64,000 nucleotides of DNA from a virus (Duplodnaviria; Heunggongvirae; Uroviricota; Caudoviricetes). Positions 1 through 10,506 of the stretch are shown here, one piece after another (position 1 is the stretch's first letter; the number at the start of each line of letters is the position of its first letter). Position numbers and translations under genes: made by a program. The notes under the pieces were generated by a model that worked only from the letters and a program-made list of their open reading frames with translations, had not been told where the DNA came from and did no database searches. Where the stretch lies: the IMG/VR virus record IMGVR_UViG_3300026549_000070, one strand, 5' to 3'.

Positions 1-832
1 CCAAGCAGATAAAGATGCTGAAGACCAGATGACTGCAGCAATTAAAGCAGCAAATGCTCAAGAAGCTAAAGCAAAAGAATGTATTGCAAAAGAACTTGGT
101 ATTCTTCAATCAATTCTTGCTTTATTAAAAGTTATCAATACATTAAAGAAAGTACTTCTCTTAATTCTTTCTATAGTTGTTCCTGTTGTAAAGATGATTG
201 CATTTGCAGCACAGTGTTGGATAAATCCTCCTGCAGCAGCTCAAGTTGCACAGATGGTTGCAGAAAAAATTGCTGCATTACTTATGTCTGTTATTGGTGA
301 AATCATTCAGATGATCTGGGATTTACTTGATATGGACTGTATGACAGAACAAGTTCAGAAAGTTCTTGACGAAATCAATGAAACACTTTCAGGCGTTGAC
401 TCTGTACTTAGCGTGACAAATAACCTTATTTCATTTGGTATGAAACAATACGATGCTAATAAGAAAAGTCTTGTTGATTCATTCATAAAGTTTGCAGATA
501 AAGGTGATAAGTTTAATAACCCAATCAAAGAATATGGTAATAAAAATGCTTGGAAGAAAGCTGGAGATACATTTAAAGATTCATTTGTTACTTCAATATT
601 TGGCAAAGATGGCATTGGTGAAAACGGCGTAAATGGCGCAGGTCTCAAAAATATTCTTTCAGCTGCTATACCTTCAGATATTAAGTCTGCAATCAATAAT
701 CTTATGGACTCTACACAGGGCATTCTTGAAAGAACTAATGACATTCTTGGAAAAGCTAAAGTTAAAGATACCGTTGTTAATGCTACAATCACTGATATGA
801 CCGACTTCTTAGGTCCAATCAGAATTAAGTAA
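1..832 (+). CDS. C-terminal part of a virion structural protein with a hydrophobic segment (possible tape-measure or internal virion protein); the reading frame is open to the window start
   Basis: ORF 29..832 is in frame with no stop back to position 2. There is a hydrophobic stretch ILALLKVINTLKKVLLLILSIVVPVV. It sits directly upstream of the giant structural gene. Confidence 0.4.
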   Translation, partial: QADKDAEDQMTAAIKAANAQEAKAKECIAKELGILQSILALLKVINTLKKVLLLILSIVVPVVKMIAFAAQCWINPPAAAQVAQMVAEKIAALLMSVIGEIIQMIWDLLDMDCMTEQVQKVLDEINETLSGVDSVLSVTNNLISFGMKQYDANKKSLVDSFIKFADKGDKFNNPIKEYGNKNAWKKAGDTFKDSFVTSIFGKDGIGENGVNGAGLKNILSAAIPSDIKSAINNLMDSTQGILERTNDILGKAKVKDTVVNATITDMTDFLGPIRIK

Positions 833-858
833 TTCTTACTAATTACTTATTAGAGGTT

Positions 859-3800
859 TTGATGAATACAGAAGAATTTTACAATGGCTCACCTTATGAA
901 GTGGGCACTATGGATAACCTTGCAGAAACAAAGGTAAGCTATAATAACCTTGTAAAAGTTGTCCACGATGCTGCAGGCAGAAAAGGTTTAACTCTTTCTG
1001 AGTTTCTTAATTTGCAAAAATCTTCAGAAGAGTCTTCTGAGCTTGTTACATACCTTGATGAAAAAGGGTACTCTGTTCGCTCAATGGGCGAGGACGCAAA
1101 AATCTTTAATAATCAGATAAACACTCAAGCCGCTTTACAAACAATTCAAAACTTCTATGATATGTATATCTCTCCAACACAAGGAGACGCTCAATATCGT
1201 TTAGGAGAAGTTACAGGTCGCGCACTCCCAGGAACTGTAAATAATCAAACTGACGATCAAGGTCGTTTATTTACAAGATCTTTATATAACACAGTACTTA
1301 AATATAAAATTTGGAAAGTTGACCGTCTTGTAGATACTGAAGAATATTATTCTGTTCTTTGGTTCCCACCTTTTAAGCCAAACAGCGTTAAAGCTACTTC
1401 TTGGAAAGGCGCATATGTTTCTGACAACAGTGAAACAATTTCTCTTTCAATGGGAGAATATCTTTCACAAGCAAAAGCAAAGCGACAAGAAGAACTTGAT
1501 GAACTTAATGCAAAGCTGATTGAAGCTGGTGAAGAAGTTACACAAACAGAAGCAGATGATACACGCCTCGTTAAAAATCCATCAGCAACAAATGATAGCG
1601 CAAAATATTATGATACATTTGACTTAAACAAGTTTCTTGCAGCTCGTTCTTCATTTACATACCGTGCGCCTGGCTTCAAAGCAATCAATGATAACATTAA
1701 TATGATTCAGTGGCTTTTTGAAGGCTGCACAGGAATTGTATCAACATATCTTACAGAATGGGATATTTCATTATATCTTCAAGAAGGCCTTATATCTGAT
1801 TTTAATGGCACAATGCCAAATTACATTTTATTGACTCATCGTATGGATAAAGACAATCCTTCAGGATATACTGATGAACGGGCAGCTTCTTACGGTGTAG
1901 TAAACTGTGCTGTTTCAAAACTTAACTCAGATTATCATAAAACTTGGTATATCAATGCTTATCCATATTCGTCTTGGCATACTGCGTATCCTGACCCTTG
2001 GAAGATGGCAGGCTGGCTTGATAAGATTGAACAGAATGGCCAAATCGTTTATGTGCCAAACTGGTTTAAGTTTGGTCGTGAAGGCGTAAGCAACTACCTT
2101 GCTGGTAAAGATCTCGGTTATAAACCACGCCGTGACTGTATTAGTTCACGCTTGCTTTATCAAGATTTTGAAAATGCTGCTCTTTCAGGTTACACTGATT
2201 GGTCTTTTGATAAAAAGATTTGGAAAGCTCTTTACACTGGCGATGATGACGGCTTTACAGATATTGACTTAGTTTATTTATCAACATCTTGTGGTATGTT
2301 CAAAAAAGCTGACTTAATTGACCAAGTTGAAATGATTCTTTATGGCGTTTCTGCTGACGGTGTTCCTTATGATGGTTCAGAAGTCATAGGCGGTGATAAC
2401 GGCTCTGGTAACGGCAATATTACAAATGATGAAGAATATTCTTATTCTTCTGCTGAAGGTTCTGGCGGAAATAAGTACTGTCCAGGAAGTGTTTTCAAAG
2501 GTGCATTAACATTCTTAAATATGTTCAACACAAAAGATAGTAAGAAGAATGCTTCAATGTCACAAGCAGAAAGCCGTTTGCAAAGTGATAGCGGCAACAC
2601 TTATGGAGTAATGCAAGATTCACTTGGTATTACAAAACAGGCATCTACAGGTCAGCCAGCCACTTTAACAGAAGATGGTTACATTCTTGGAACTAAAAAA
2701 GCATTTACTGAAAACTCTATTGGCGTAGGTGTTCCTCAGTACAACCCAACATTATATGGTGGACCTCACGGATACTACCGTTCACCTGAGTCATATCAAT
2801 CTTACTATGAAGAAAACTCTGTTTACTTAAGAAATGTACCTCGTATTGATAAATGTCCTAATAGCTTCAGTCACGACTCTTGGGCAGGAATTACTTGGCC
2901 ATCACTTCCAAACTGGCAAGATAACTACTACTATAAAGGAAATGAAAAATGGACTTCAAACGTTGGCGCAGTTGCAAATGGTGAAAAGCAGTCATTTGAA
3001 CAATCTTGGTCTGCTGGTTTTGCTCGATTAAAGCAAGGTGTTCACTCTTACTCAATGCAAACTGCATACATCAGACGCCGTCACGATACTATCATTGAAG
3101 GTCACTTACATAGAAAACATCGTTGGTGGGCTGGCTGGAGAGGCTGGTACTCTTGGCGTTATTTTGGCTACGACGTTGGTTGGGACCAGCGTGCAAGTAA
3201 CGGTGAGTTGCTTAATCGCTATGGCAACTATTGGTGGGAGTGGCGTAAATCAACATTGTACAGCAATCGTTGGTGGTGGAATTCACTTTGGAATAATTGG
3301 GCATATTATGATGCTTGGCTAAACTATTACAACTTTTATTTCTCTTGGCAATATAGCTGGGGCTGGAAATGCGTATTGCATCGTTATGTACCTTGCACTT
3401 GGGCTTGGCATTATGAATGGTGCTATGCTGACTTCAAAAGATATGTTATTCATAATGGCTTCCACGATTATAAGTGGAAGATTGCTATGGTTCAGCACTA
3501 TAATGCAACTCTTGACCCACGGTCAAATGATAAGTTCCGTAACAGATGGGCTGCAACATTCTCAAAGATGTTTGGCTATTCAACACCTTATGAGAGAGCG
3601 TATCTTTCAGCATCAACAGAAGATTATGAATTATTTATTGACGACTCAGGTAAGCAGCCAGGAACACTGTTTGAAAAATACGATGACAAATATAAACAAG
3701 TAATTTCTTCTTATATGACAGTTAAGGAACATAATGTAATGGACTATTTAGTTGACTGGGGACGAGGCGTCGGTGCCCATAATAAACTTATGTTCTTGAC

Positions 3801-6438
3801 TCGTGGTCCTAAAGATCAACCTGACTGTCTGTTCCGTTGTGAAGTCTATCATAATATGAAGCCAATTTGGTATTGGTGCGAACATTCTAAAAAATATTCA
3901 TCACATAAAACTAAGTATTGGTTTGAAAAACATTGTGGATGGAAGCACTATCTTTCTGTAAGAATTGATACAACAGACAGATTTTATGCTGGTCTTTACA
4001 AGCCTGCATTTACAAACTATGGTTCAGACTATGGTAAGATACCAAGATCAAAAGCAATTCAGGATTCAACTGTTCCTGTAAATGGACAGATAAGTTCAGC
4101 TGTTGCAAAACACAGTTTCTTTGGCTCAGGTTTAGGTAACAACTGTTCTGAAACTCGTAAGTCACCTTATGATCTTATGGAGAATATCAGTGGTCGTCGT
4201 TTTCCTTACTACAATGTTAACAAGGACTCTGACGAAATGCATAATTCATTCAGTGGCATTCGTGGCAAAGGTATTCTTGGTGACATCCCAGGTCTTGACT
4301 TTGTTGCTGACGATTCTAATATTGAAAAGTTTAGTGATAAAACTCGTATTACTAAAGGCGATCCACTTAATACAGCATTTGGACAGCTACACTTTCCGTT
4401 CTGGAAGATTGCATCATTCACTAAAGGTAATGTTGCTCTTAACGGTAATACATACCGTGTAGCAGGCGGACGTATGAATTATGTTGAAGGCAGAGCCCCT
4501 GATTGGTGGAATAAAATGATTCTTAATATGAGTTTAAGAAACACATTCTACCGTGGTGATATGTCAGGTCCAAAAATTGCAACATTCTCATTAAAGAATT
4601 TTGCTATTGATGTAACAAGCCTTGACATAGGTATGGGTAAGCAAACTATTGAAGCAAGAAAATGCAAAGTTAGAAACAATGGCAATGAGTTCCTTATTAC
4701 AGCTGACAACATTCGTTCATATACAACTTATCAGCAGTTAGGCGGTGACGGAAGACTTCACGATTATGTGGATAAGTGTACCTTAAAGAATGCTTGGGTT
4801 GGCGCAAAATATTACTTCACGTCATATGATATTGCTCCAAGATTTATGTATAATCTTGTATCAACTCAAAATGGATTCTTATCGGGCGCAAAAGACTTGC
4901 TCTGTGGACATATTAAAGATTCAAAAGGCCGCGATACTGGTAAGTACATACTGTCTTTTGACTATATTCGTGACATTATGGTAGGTACTAATCGTTCAGC
5001 AGCTCTTGTTTCGCCTCGTTCATACTTTCTTGCAAATCCTGAAGGAAAGTTTAAAGATGAAGAAACTGGCGAAATTTATAATTGTGAAGATATGTATGGT
5101 TACAATCAGTTCTTAGTTTGGGCAAGAGAGTGGTTTGACAATGACTCACTGACCAACTTTAATAAACATAAAGAACTTGAGAACGCATTCAACTTAAGAA
5201 TAAGCACTCTTGCAAATATGAACAGTAAACTTGAAGTTTATAAAGATCTTGATATTAAAACAATGTCATATAATACAATGATTGCAAGTTGGCGTGATAT
5301 GAATGCATTCATTGACTTAAAGTATGACGAAGGTATTGAACAGTTCTTCCTTGCTTATTTGAATGTTTTGTATGAGTCAAGAAGATATTTTATCAATAAA
5401 AGATGTAATAAACAAGACGGAACATTGTGGGCTTGTCGTCATCTTGAGAAAATGATTCCTCAAATGGTTGCTTCAGCTGTTTCATCTGGTGCAGGTGTGT
5501 ATCCTGCTGAGTTTAGCAAATCAACAGGAAAAGAAAATGTCGCATTCTACGAAGTTCAGAATACACTCGAAAAGAAATCTGAAACTTTAAAGAAGATTGC
5601 AAACGGAGAATCTGCTGCACTTGAACCTGATATGATTAAGACTGTTTATGTAAAAGTAAAATATGCAACTGAAGCTGATTATATCAAATGTCAGGAAAAA
5701 CTCAAATCTGGTGAGCTATCTCCAAATGAAGAAACCATTATTAAAGTTCGTCCTTGGAATTATATTAAGAAAAGAGATGGCTCATATAAGAATATAAATG
5801 CAGGTGACACAATCAATACAGCAAAAGGTGAAATGTGGAATAATGCGGGTTGGGCAATCAAATATGGTAAAGAAAAATATATCATCAAGCCTGTAAACGG
5901 ACCTTATGGAATATTCTCAAAAGAAGTAAAAAATGAGTTCAAAACTCGCAAAAAATTGGAGCAAAATGATACATTAAGTCTCACAATACACGAGTATGAT
6001 ATGTACATAAGTCCTGTTTATTCTGATAAAAACTCACTTAAACCATTTGACATCAACTGGGATAATCTTGCTGCAAGCGAGTCAGGAATCGTATTCAACT
6101 TATTCGGCGGTACAGCAGCAGATAAGATTAGAGAACTTACACAAGCTGGTGTTACAGATCCTCAAGCATTACTTTGTGGTGCTAAACAGAGCACAGATTA
6201 TTGGAGAATTCCTGTAAGTGGAAAACTTCCAAAAGCAGAAGGATATAAATCCGACATTACACTTGAATTCTGCAATCAAACAGAAAGTGGACTTATATCA
6301 ACTATGCCATCTAAAAATCCTGCAGCTTTATCTGGCGCAGCTGCTTATGCAATGTGGCCAATCATCGAGGAACAAACTGATGTTATTCCAAACTCAGGAG
6401 ATTTTGCAATTTCATTAAAAGACTTTGGTAAAAACTAA
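859..6438 (+). CDS. Very large (1859 aa) virion structural protein, a putative tail fibre, baseplate or host-recognition protein, containing an unusual Trp-rich segment
   Basis: Uninterrupted 5.6-kb ORF with a GAGG RBS. Residues ~735-890 are extremely W/Y-rich (HRWWAGWRGWYSWRYFGYDVGW...NRWWWNSLWNNWAYYDAW). No enzymatic motifs were recognised. Confidence 0.5.
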   Translation: MMNTEEFYNGSPYEVGTMDNLAETKVSYNNLVKVVHDAAGRKGLTLSEFLNLQKSSEESSELVTYLDEKGYSVRSMGEDAKIFNNQINTQAALQTIQNFYDMYISPTQGDAQYRLGEVTGRALPGTVNNQTDDQGRLFTRSLYNTVLKYKIWKVDRLVDTEEYYSVLWFPPFKPNSVKATSWKGAYVSDNSETISLSMGEYLSQAKAKRQEELDELNAKLIEAGEEVTQTEADDTRLVKNPSATNDSAKYYDTFDLNKFLAARSSFTYRAPGFKAINDNINMIQWLFEGCTGIVSTYLTEWDISLYLQEGLISDFNGTMPNYILLTHRMDKDNPSGYTDERAASYGVVNCAVSKLNSDYHKTWYINAYPYSSWHTAYPDPWKMAGWLDKIEQNGQIVYVPNWFKFGREGVSNYLAGKDLGYKPRRDCISSRLLYQDFENAALSGYTDWSFDKKIWKALYTGDDDGFTDIDLVYLSTSCGMFKKADLIDQVEMILYGVSADGVPYDGSEVIGGDNGSGNGNITNDEEYSYSSAEGSGGNKYCPGSVFKGALTFLNMFNTKDSKKNASMSQAESRLQSDSGNTYGVMQDSLGITKQASTGQPATLTEDGYILGTKKAFTENSIGVGVPQYNPTLYGGPHGYYRSPESYQSYYEENSVYLRNVPRIDKCPNSFSHDSWAGITWPSLPNWQDNYYYKGNEKWTSNVGAVANGEKQSFEQSWSAGFARLKQGVHSYSMQTAYIRRRHDTIIEGHLHRKHRWWAGWRGWYSWRYFGYDVGWDQRASNGELLNRYGNYWWEWRKSTLYSNRWWWNSLWNNWAYYDAWLNYYNFYFSWQYSWGWKCVLHRYVPCTWAWHYEWCYADFKRYVIHNGFHDYKWKIAMVQHYNATLDPRSNDKFRNRWAATFSKMFGYSTPYERAYLSASTEDYELFIDDSGKQPGTLFEKYDDKYKQVISSYMTVKEHNVMDYLVDWGRGVGAHNKLMFLTRGPKDQPDCLFRCEVYHNMKPIWYWCEHSKKYSSHKTKYWFEKHCGWKHYLSVRIDTTDRFYAGLYKPAFTNYGSDYGKIPRSKAIQDSTVPVNGQISSAVAKHSFFGSGLGNNCSETRKSPYDLMENISGRRFPYYNVNKDSDEMHNSFSGIRGKGILGDIPGLDFVADDSNIEKFSDKTRITKGDPLNTAFGQLHFPFWKIASFTKGNVALNGNTYRVAGGRMNYVEGRAPDWWNKMILNMSLRNTFYRGDMSGPKIATFSLKNFAIDVTSLDIGMGKQTIEARKCKVRNNGNEFLITADNIRSYTTYQQLGGDGRLHDYVDKCTLKNAWVGAKYYFTSYDIAPRFMYNLVSTQNGFLSGAKDLLCGHIKDSKGRDTGKYILSFDYIRDIMVGTNRSAALVSPRSYFLANPEGKFKDEETGEIYNCEDMYGYNQFLVWAREWFDNDSLTNFNKHKELENAFNLRISTLANMNSKLEVYKDLDIKTMSYNTMIASWRDMNAFIDLKYDEGIEQFFLAYLNVLYESRRYFINKRCNKQDGTLWACRHLEKMIPQMVASAVSSGAGVYPAEFSKSTGKENVAFYEVQNTLEKKSETLKKIANGESAALEPDMIKTVYVKVKYATEADYIKCQEKLKSGELSPNEETIIKVRPWNYIKKRDGSYKNINAGDTINTAKGEMWNNAGWAIKYGKEKYIIKPVNGPYGIFSKEVKNEFKTRKKLEQNDTLSLTIHEYDMYISPVYSDKNSLKPFDINWDNLAASESGIVFNLFGGTAADKIRELTQAGVTDPQALLCGAKQSTDYWRIPVSGKLPKAEGYKSDITLEFCNQTESGLISTMPSKNPAALSGAAAYAMWPIIEEQTDVIPNSGDFAISLKDFGKN

Positions 6439-6459
6439 TTAAAAGACGGAGGTTATAAA

Positions 6460-6903
6460 ATGACACTTAATTCAAAGTTACCAACTTATAAAGAAGAAGC
6501 TTCAAGAATAGTTGAAGAGTCAAAAGACTCTTCTTATATGAAGTCTCAAATTATAAATCTTGCACAGCGTGCATTCACTGACGGTGTAGTTTCAATTATG
6601 CAGAAGCAAAAAGTAAAGTCAAAGAAGGAAGCTGTCGAAAAACTTAACGAGGATATTTCTGATTACTATCTTGATAAGAACATTGAAGTATTAAATGAAT
6701 ACTTTATGTCAATCATTCGAGAATATACAAAAAACGGAAAGCTTGTTATGGGCTATGAGGAAGCTATCATAAAAGATTTCATAAATGTTGCTAAAGCGAT
6801 TTATGATATGGGACTCATAAGTGGTGTTACAGTTGCACAAGACCCTATCAAGCTTGAAGTATTCTTAAAGAATAAGGAGAAGCTTGAGGATGGAACATAC
6901 TAA
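6460..6903 (+). CDS. hypothetical protein (147 aa)
   Basis: ORF with a GGAGG RBS (gacggaggttataaaatg). Confidence 0.5.
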   Translation: MTLNSKLPTYKEEASRIVEESKDSSYMKSQIINLAQRAFTDGVVSIMQKQKVKSKKEAVEKLNEDISDYYLDKNIEVLNEYFMSIIREYTKNGKLVMGYEEAIIKDFINVAKAIYDMGLISGVTVAQDPIKLEVFLKNKEKLEDGTY

Positions 6904-7168
6904 ACGATATTCATTCACAAACTATTTCTATAAAGTATTTTACGAGCGAGTGGGTATTGAGTTAGATGATGACACAAGAGCTTATATTCTTAGTGTTTGT
7001 CATAACAGTGAACCACATCGCAAAATCGACAATAAAGGTCGCAACTCTGAATACTTTACAATGCGTGTGAATGACCAATTGATTACTGTTGTATGTGATG
7101 GAAATACTCACAAGATCATTACTTGTGTTATTGAAACACATCACAGAAAAGAGTTTGATACTCTTTAA
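6884..7168 (+). CDS. hypothetical protein (94 aa)
   Basis: ORF overlapping the previous stop; RBS gaggatgg. Confidence 0.4.
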   Translation: MRMEHTKRYSFTNYFYKVFYERVGIELDDDTRAYILSVCHNSEPHRKIDNKGRNSEYFTMRVNDQLITVVCDGNTHKIITCVIETHHRKEFDTL

Positions 7169-7173
7169 TCCTT

Positions 7174-7425
7174 TTGGAGGTTTTTATGAAAATGATGTTT
7201 AAGGAAATCAACGGCAAAGATGAGGCAATGCGCTTTATTATTTTGGCTGATGATGACGGCGTTGAAATAAAAAAGTTTCCAATTTACATAAACAAAGAAA
7301 TGACCACAAAGTTGCCTGTTCTTTCTGAAACTTATGGTACACTCCCCGAGCTGTTCAAAATGGTTTATCAGTCAGGTGTTAATGGTGAAGATATAGAATT
7401 TATTGAAGAAAATGTTGAATTATAG
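7174..7425 (+). CDS. hypothetical protein (83 aa)
   Basis: ORF with RBS ttggaggtttttatg. Confidence 0.45.
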   Translation: MEVFMKMMFKEINGKDEAMRFIILADDDGVEIKKFPIYINKEMTTKLPVLSETYGTLPELFKMVYQSGVNGEDIEFIEENVEL

Positions 7426-7455
7426 AACTTTTGATAAAAATCTTTTATATTATTT

Positions 7456-7728
7456 ATGGAGGAACTGGGTATGATACAGACAAAATACTACAAGAGAACT
7501 CCTGACGCCACTGAAAGAAGGGGTTTTCTGACAAAGAATGAGAGTCTTGCTCTCGCAGCTGCAGATCAACTCGCCAAAAACATCAAGGTAAGCTATTACA
7601 ACGATAAGGGCACGATTCTTATGGTGGAAGCAGAAGTTGATGGAAATGATAATCTTAAGGCTATCAATGCGTTACTTGCTGACAATGGTTTCAGCACAGA
7701 TCTTGAAACAATGTTGCGGAAGGCTTAA
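7456..7728 (+). CDS. hypothetical protein (90 aa)
   Basis: ORF with RBS tggaggaactgggtatg. Confidence 0.45.
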   Translation: MEELGMIQTKYYKRTPDATERRGFLTKNESLALAAADQLAKNIKVSYYNDKGTILMVEAEVDGNDNLKAINALLADNGFSTDLETMLRKA

Positions 7729-8483
7729 TGAAAATTATCAACTGTAAGAACGAACGCGACATAAAGAAATGTCTCAGACAGAATCGTCCATATATGGCAA
7801 ACCTTATGGACTTTAATGATAACATAAAACCTCAGCTTTTTGAAGGAGCAGAGAAACTTCACTTTGTCTTAAGTGGTCCTCAAACAGAAACAATCGGTGA
7901 ACGCGCTTTTGCAAACTGTTGGGAACTTGAACGATTCGATGGACTTCCAAAGATCATTGGCCCTGCTGCATTTACTTTCTGTGAATCATTAAAAGACTTT
8001 AACTTTACAACAATAAACAACTTATATCCTGATGCATTTTCTTATTCAGGATTGCAACAAATTGACTTACCGCCGAACATTGAAAATATCCCACCTAGAT
8101 GTTTTCAAGCTTGTCTTAGACTGAGAAATCTTAATCTTAATAAAGTTGAAACAATTGAAGAAGAGGCGTTTCAATCATCTGGGATTAGAGTACTAGACAT
8201 TCCTGTGTCTTTAGCAACAATAGGAAAGAAAGCTTTTGAAGGCTGCATTTATCTTAGTGATATTGTTTGCGAAAGATTCTTGCCGCCTAAGCTTTCTGCA
8301 TCATCTTTTTATGGTTGTTCAATCAAGAATGTTTGGGTTTTCTCAGAAGCTCAACTTGAGTATTATTTGAAAGACCGTTATTGGTCGAAGTTTGATGGAA
8401 TCTTCAGAATTGGTACACCTAAGATTTTGAAACAAAGAATGGAAGACATTCGTAACAACAAGGATTCATTATGGCCTATTTGA
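7728..8483 (+). CDS. BspA-type leucine-rich-repeat protein (putative adhesin or tail accessory protein)
   Basis: Repeated IxxxAFxxCxxLxxIxLP units (e.g. LDIPVSLATIGKKAFEGCIYLSDIV). ATGA start overlaps the previous gene. Confidence 0.45.
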   Translation: MKIINCKNERDIKKCLRQNRPYMANLMDFNDNIKPQLFEGAEKLHFVLSGPQTETIGERAFANCWELERFDGLPKIIGPAAFTFCESLKDFNFTTINNLYPDAFSYSGLQQIDLPPNIENIPPRCFQACLRLRNLNLNKVETIEEEAFQSSGIRVLDIPVSLATIGKKAFEGCIYLSDIVCERFLPPKLSASSFYGCSIKNVWVFSEAQLEYYLKDRYWSKFDGIFRIGTPKILKQRMEDIRNNKDSLWPI

Positions 8484-8577
8484 ACATAAACAACTATGCT
8501 CTTTATCGAGCAATAAAATACATCATCTTTCCCGCAAAACTACTTTTCTGTATTGCGGTACTGTTAATATTGTAATT

Positions 8578-10221
8578 ATGATAGACTATAAGAAATATTT
8601 TCCTTATGACCAAATTCGCCCAGAGCAGGAAACTGTACTTAAAGAAATTGCCTCGCACTGGAATGATAAGAAGTATTTCATTTTGCAACTTGATGTAGGT
8701 ACAGGAAAGTCAGGTATTGCAAAATCAGTTGCTAATTGGAGCAAGGATGCTTTCATTATTACTGAAACGAAACAACTTCAGGAACAGTATGTTCACGACT
8801 TTGGAAGTGATAAAGAGTTCGTTTCAATTAAAGGTAAAGCAAATTATGAATGCAACAAGAATGTCCGTTTGAACTGTGAAAACGGTCCTTGTACTTTGAA
8901 GAAGTCAACTCATCTCCCGCCTTGTATGGCAACTTGTAAGTATTATGCTTTAAGAAAAAGAGCACTTGCATCTCATACAGTTTTGACATCCTATGCATAC
9001 ATTTTCCGCGCGTTTGACTGTGCAGGCTTTTGGAAGCCTCGTCAGTTGATGGCTTTTGATGAATGTCATTTGCTTGAAGATCAACTTGTCAACTTTGCTT
9101 CATTTGAAATCAATCCTGAAGAACTTGACAGAACTTATGGATTGTTTGATCTTTGTGAAGACAGAAAAGATTACTTGGCAAAGTTTACAGAAGAAGGTTG
9201 GGAAGCAAACAAAGAACGCTTTACAAAGTTTCTTAATCTTATTAGATGTAAACGCGATGAGTTGCATACAATGATGGAAGAAGAGATGGAAGGCGAAGAT
9301 GCTGAAAATCTCGATGAAGACACACTCGAGTCATTGGGCAAAACACATAAGCTTTATTACAAAATTGATAAACTTTACAAAAAGATGGATGTCTTTGTAA
9401 GCCAAAGAAAAGATAATTGGATAATTGCGCCTAATTCAACAGATGGTTCACTGTCATTTACTCCGCTTTTCGTTGACTCTTTATTTCATCAGTTCTGTAA
9501 CACTTGGGCTGAAAAGTTTTTGTTTATGTCAGCAACAATTCTTGACATTGATGGATTCATTAAAGACTTAGGCATAAACAAAGATGACTGTCTTGTAATT
9601 AAAATGGAATCAACTTTTGACCCTGCGAAGTCTCCAATTTATTATATGCCTTGTGGTTCAATGAATTATCAAAACATTGAAGAAACTTTGCCTAAAGCTT
9701 GTGCAGCAATTGGAAAAATACTTGACAAAAAACAGAATGAAAAAGGAATTATTCACACAGGAAATTATCGTATTGCAGAAGCAATTTGGAATGACTTTGA
9801 ACATATTGATAAAGATGATCACAATCGTTTACTTGTAAAAGACAAAGATAACAATGAGATAACAAATCAAAACTTATTAAGAGTTCACGAACGCTCAAAA
9901 GACACAGTTTTGCTTTCTCCTTCAATGACAACTGGTGTTGACTTAAAAGATGACTTGTCAAGATTTCAAATTGTTGTAAAGATGCCTTTTAGCTCTTTAG
10001 CAGATCCGCGTATAAAAAGAAAGTCGGAATTGTCTTCCGACTGGTATGCTTGTCAAATGTTGAAAACTTTGGTTCAGGCGTGTGGTCGTTCAACTCGTTC
10101 AGCTGATGATCATTCTGCAACTTTTGTACTTGACTCATCTTTCAATTATTGGATAAACAAATACAAAAAGTGGCTACCTAAGCAGTTTCTTGCACGTCTT
10201 AAAGGCGTTACATTAACCTAA
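8578..10221 (+). CDS. DinG/Rad3 (XPD)-family ATP-dependent helicase
   Basis: Walker A DVGTGKSG, DECH box (FDECHLLED), a four-Cys Fe-S insertion (CECNKNVRLNCENGPCTLKKSTHLPPCMATC), and motif VI QACGRSTRSADDHSATFVLD. Confidence 0.7.
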   Translation: MIDYKKYFPYDQIRPEQETVLKEIASHWNDKKYFILQLDVGTGKSGIAKSVANWSKDAFIITETKQLQEQYVHDFGSDKEFVSIKGKANYECNKNVRLNCENGPCTLKKSTHLPPCMATCKYYALRKRALASHTVLTSYAYIFRAFDCAGFWKPRQLMAFDECHLLEDQLVNFASFEINPEELDRTYGLFDLCEDRKDYLAKFTEEGWEANKERFTKFLNLIRCKRDELHTMMEEEMEGEDAENLDEDTLESLGKTHKLYYKIDKLYKKMDVFVSQRKDNWIIAPNSTDGSLSFTPLFVDSLFHQFCNTWAEKFLFMSATILDIDGFIKDLGINKDDCLVIKMESTFDPAKSPIYYMPCGSMNYQNIEETLPKACAAIGKILDKKQNEKGIIHTGNYRIAEAIWNDFEHIDKDDHNRLLVKDKDNNEITNQNLLRVHERSKDTVLLSPSMTTGVDLKDDLSRFQIVVKMPFSSLADPRIKRKSELSSDWYACQMLKTLVQACGRSTRSADDHSATFVLDSSFNYWINKYKKWLPKQFLARLKGVTLT

Positions 10222-10506
10222 TGGCAACATATCATTTCCATCAGTAAGGCGGCGGTCTGTACGGCGCAAAATCGCTTCAAGATCGCTGTCATTCAAAATG
10301 TTTACAATTTAAGATATTTTTGTATCTCTTTTTCTGTAATACTTTTCTTTTTCTTTTTGAATATGTTCGCGTTTTTCTTTTGATAGTGTTCTTGATTATG
10401 ATCCTGAAACTTCACATAGCTAAACTATAATGAATGGTTGAAAGGAAAACAAACTAAATAATAACTTCGTGGAGACAATAAATGTCTCGATAAATGGGAG
10501 AAAAAA

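Noticed and set aside
3040-3560. Trp-rich stretch as a low-complexity or sequencing artefact
   Set aside because: Codon usage is varied, the frame is maintained and flanking sequence is ordinary, so it is treated as a genuine protein feature.
79-4984. Internal alternative-frame ORFs inside the first two genes (79..300, 355..792 minus, 1907..2089, 2834..3031, 3038..3322, 3386..3703, 4169..4462, 4209..4421 minus, 4790..4984)
   Set aside because: They are fully nested in much longer ORFs with good RBS, so they are typical shadow ORFs.
8503-8688. Minus-strand ORF overlapping the helicase start region
   Set aside because: Only 61 aa with no RBS, and it overlaps the well-supported DinG-like gene start.
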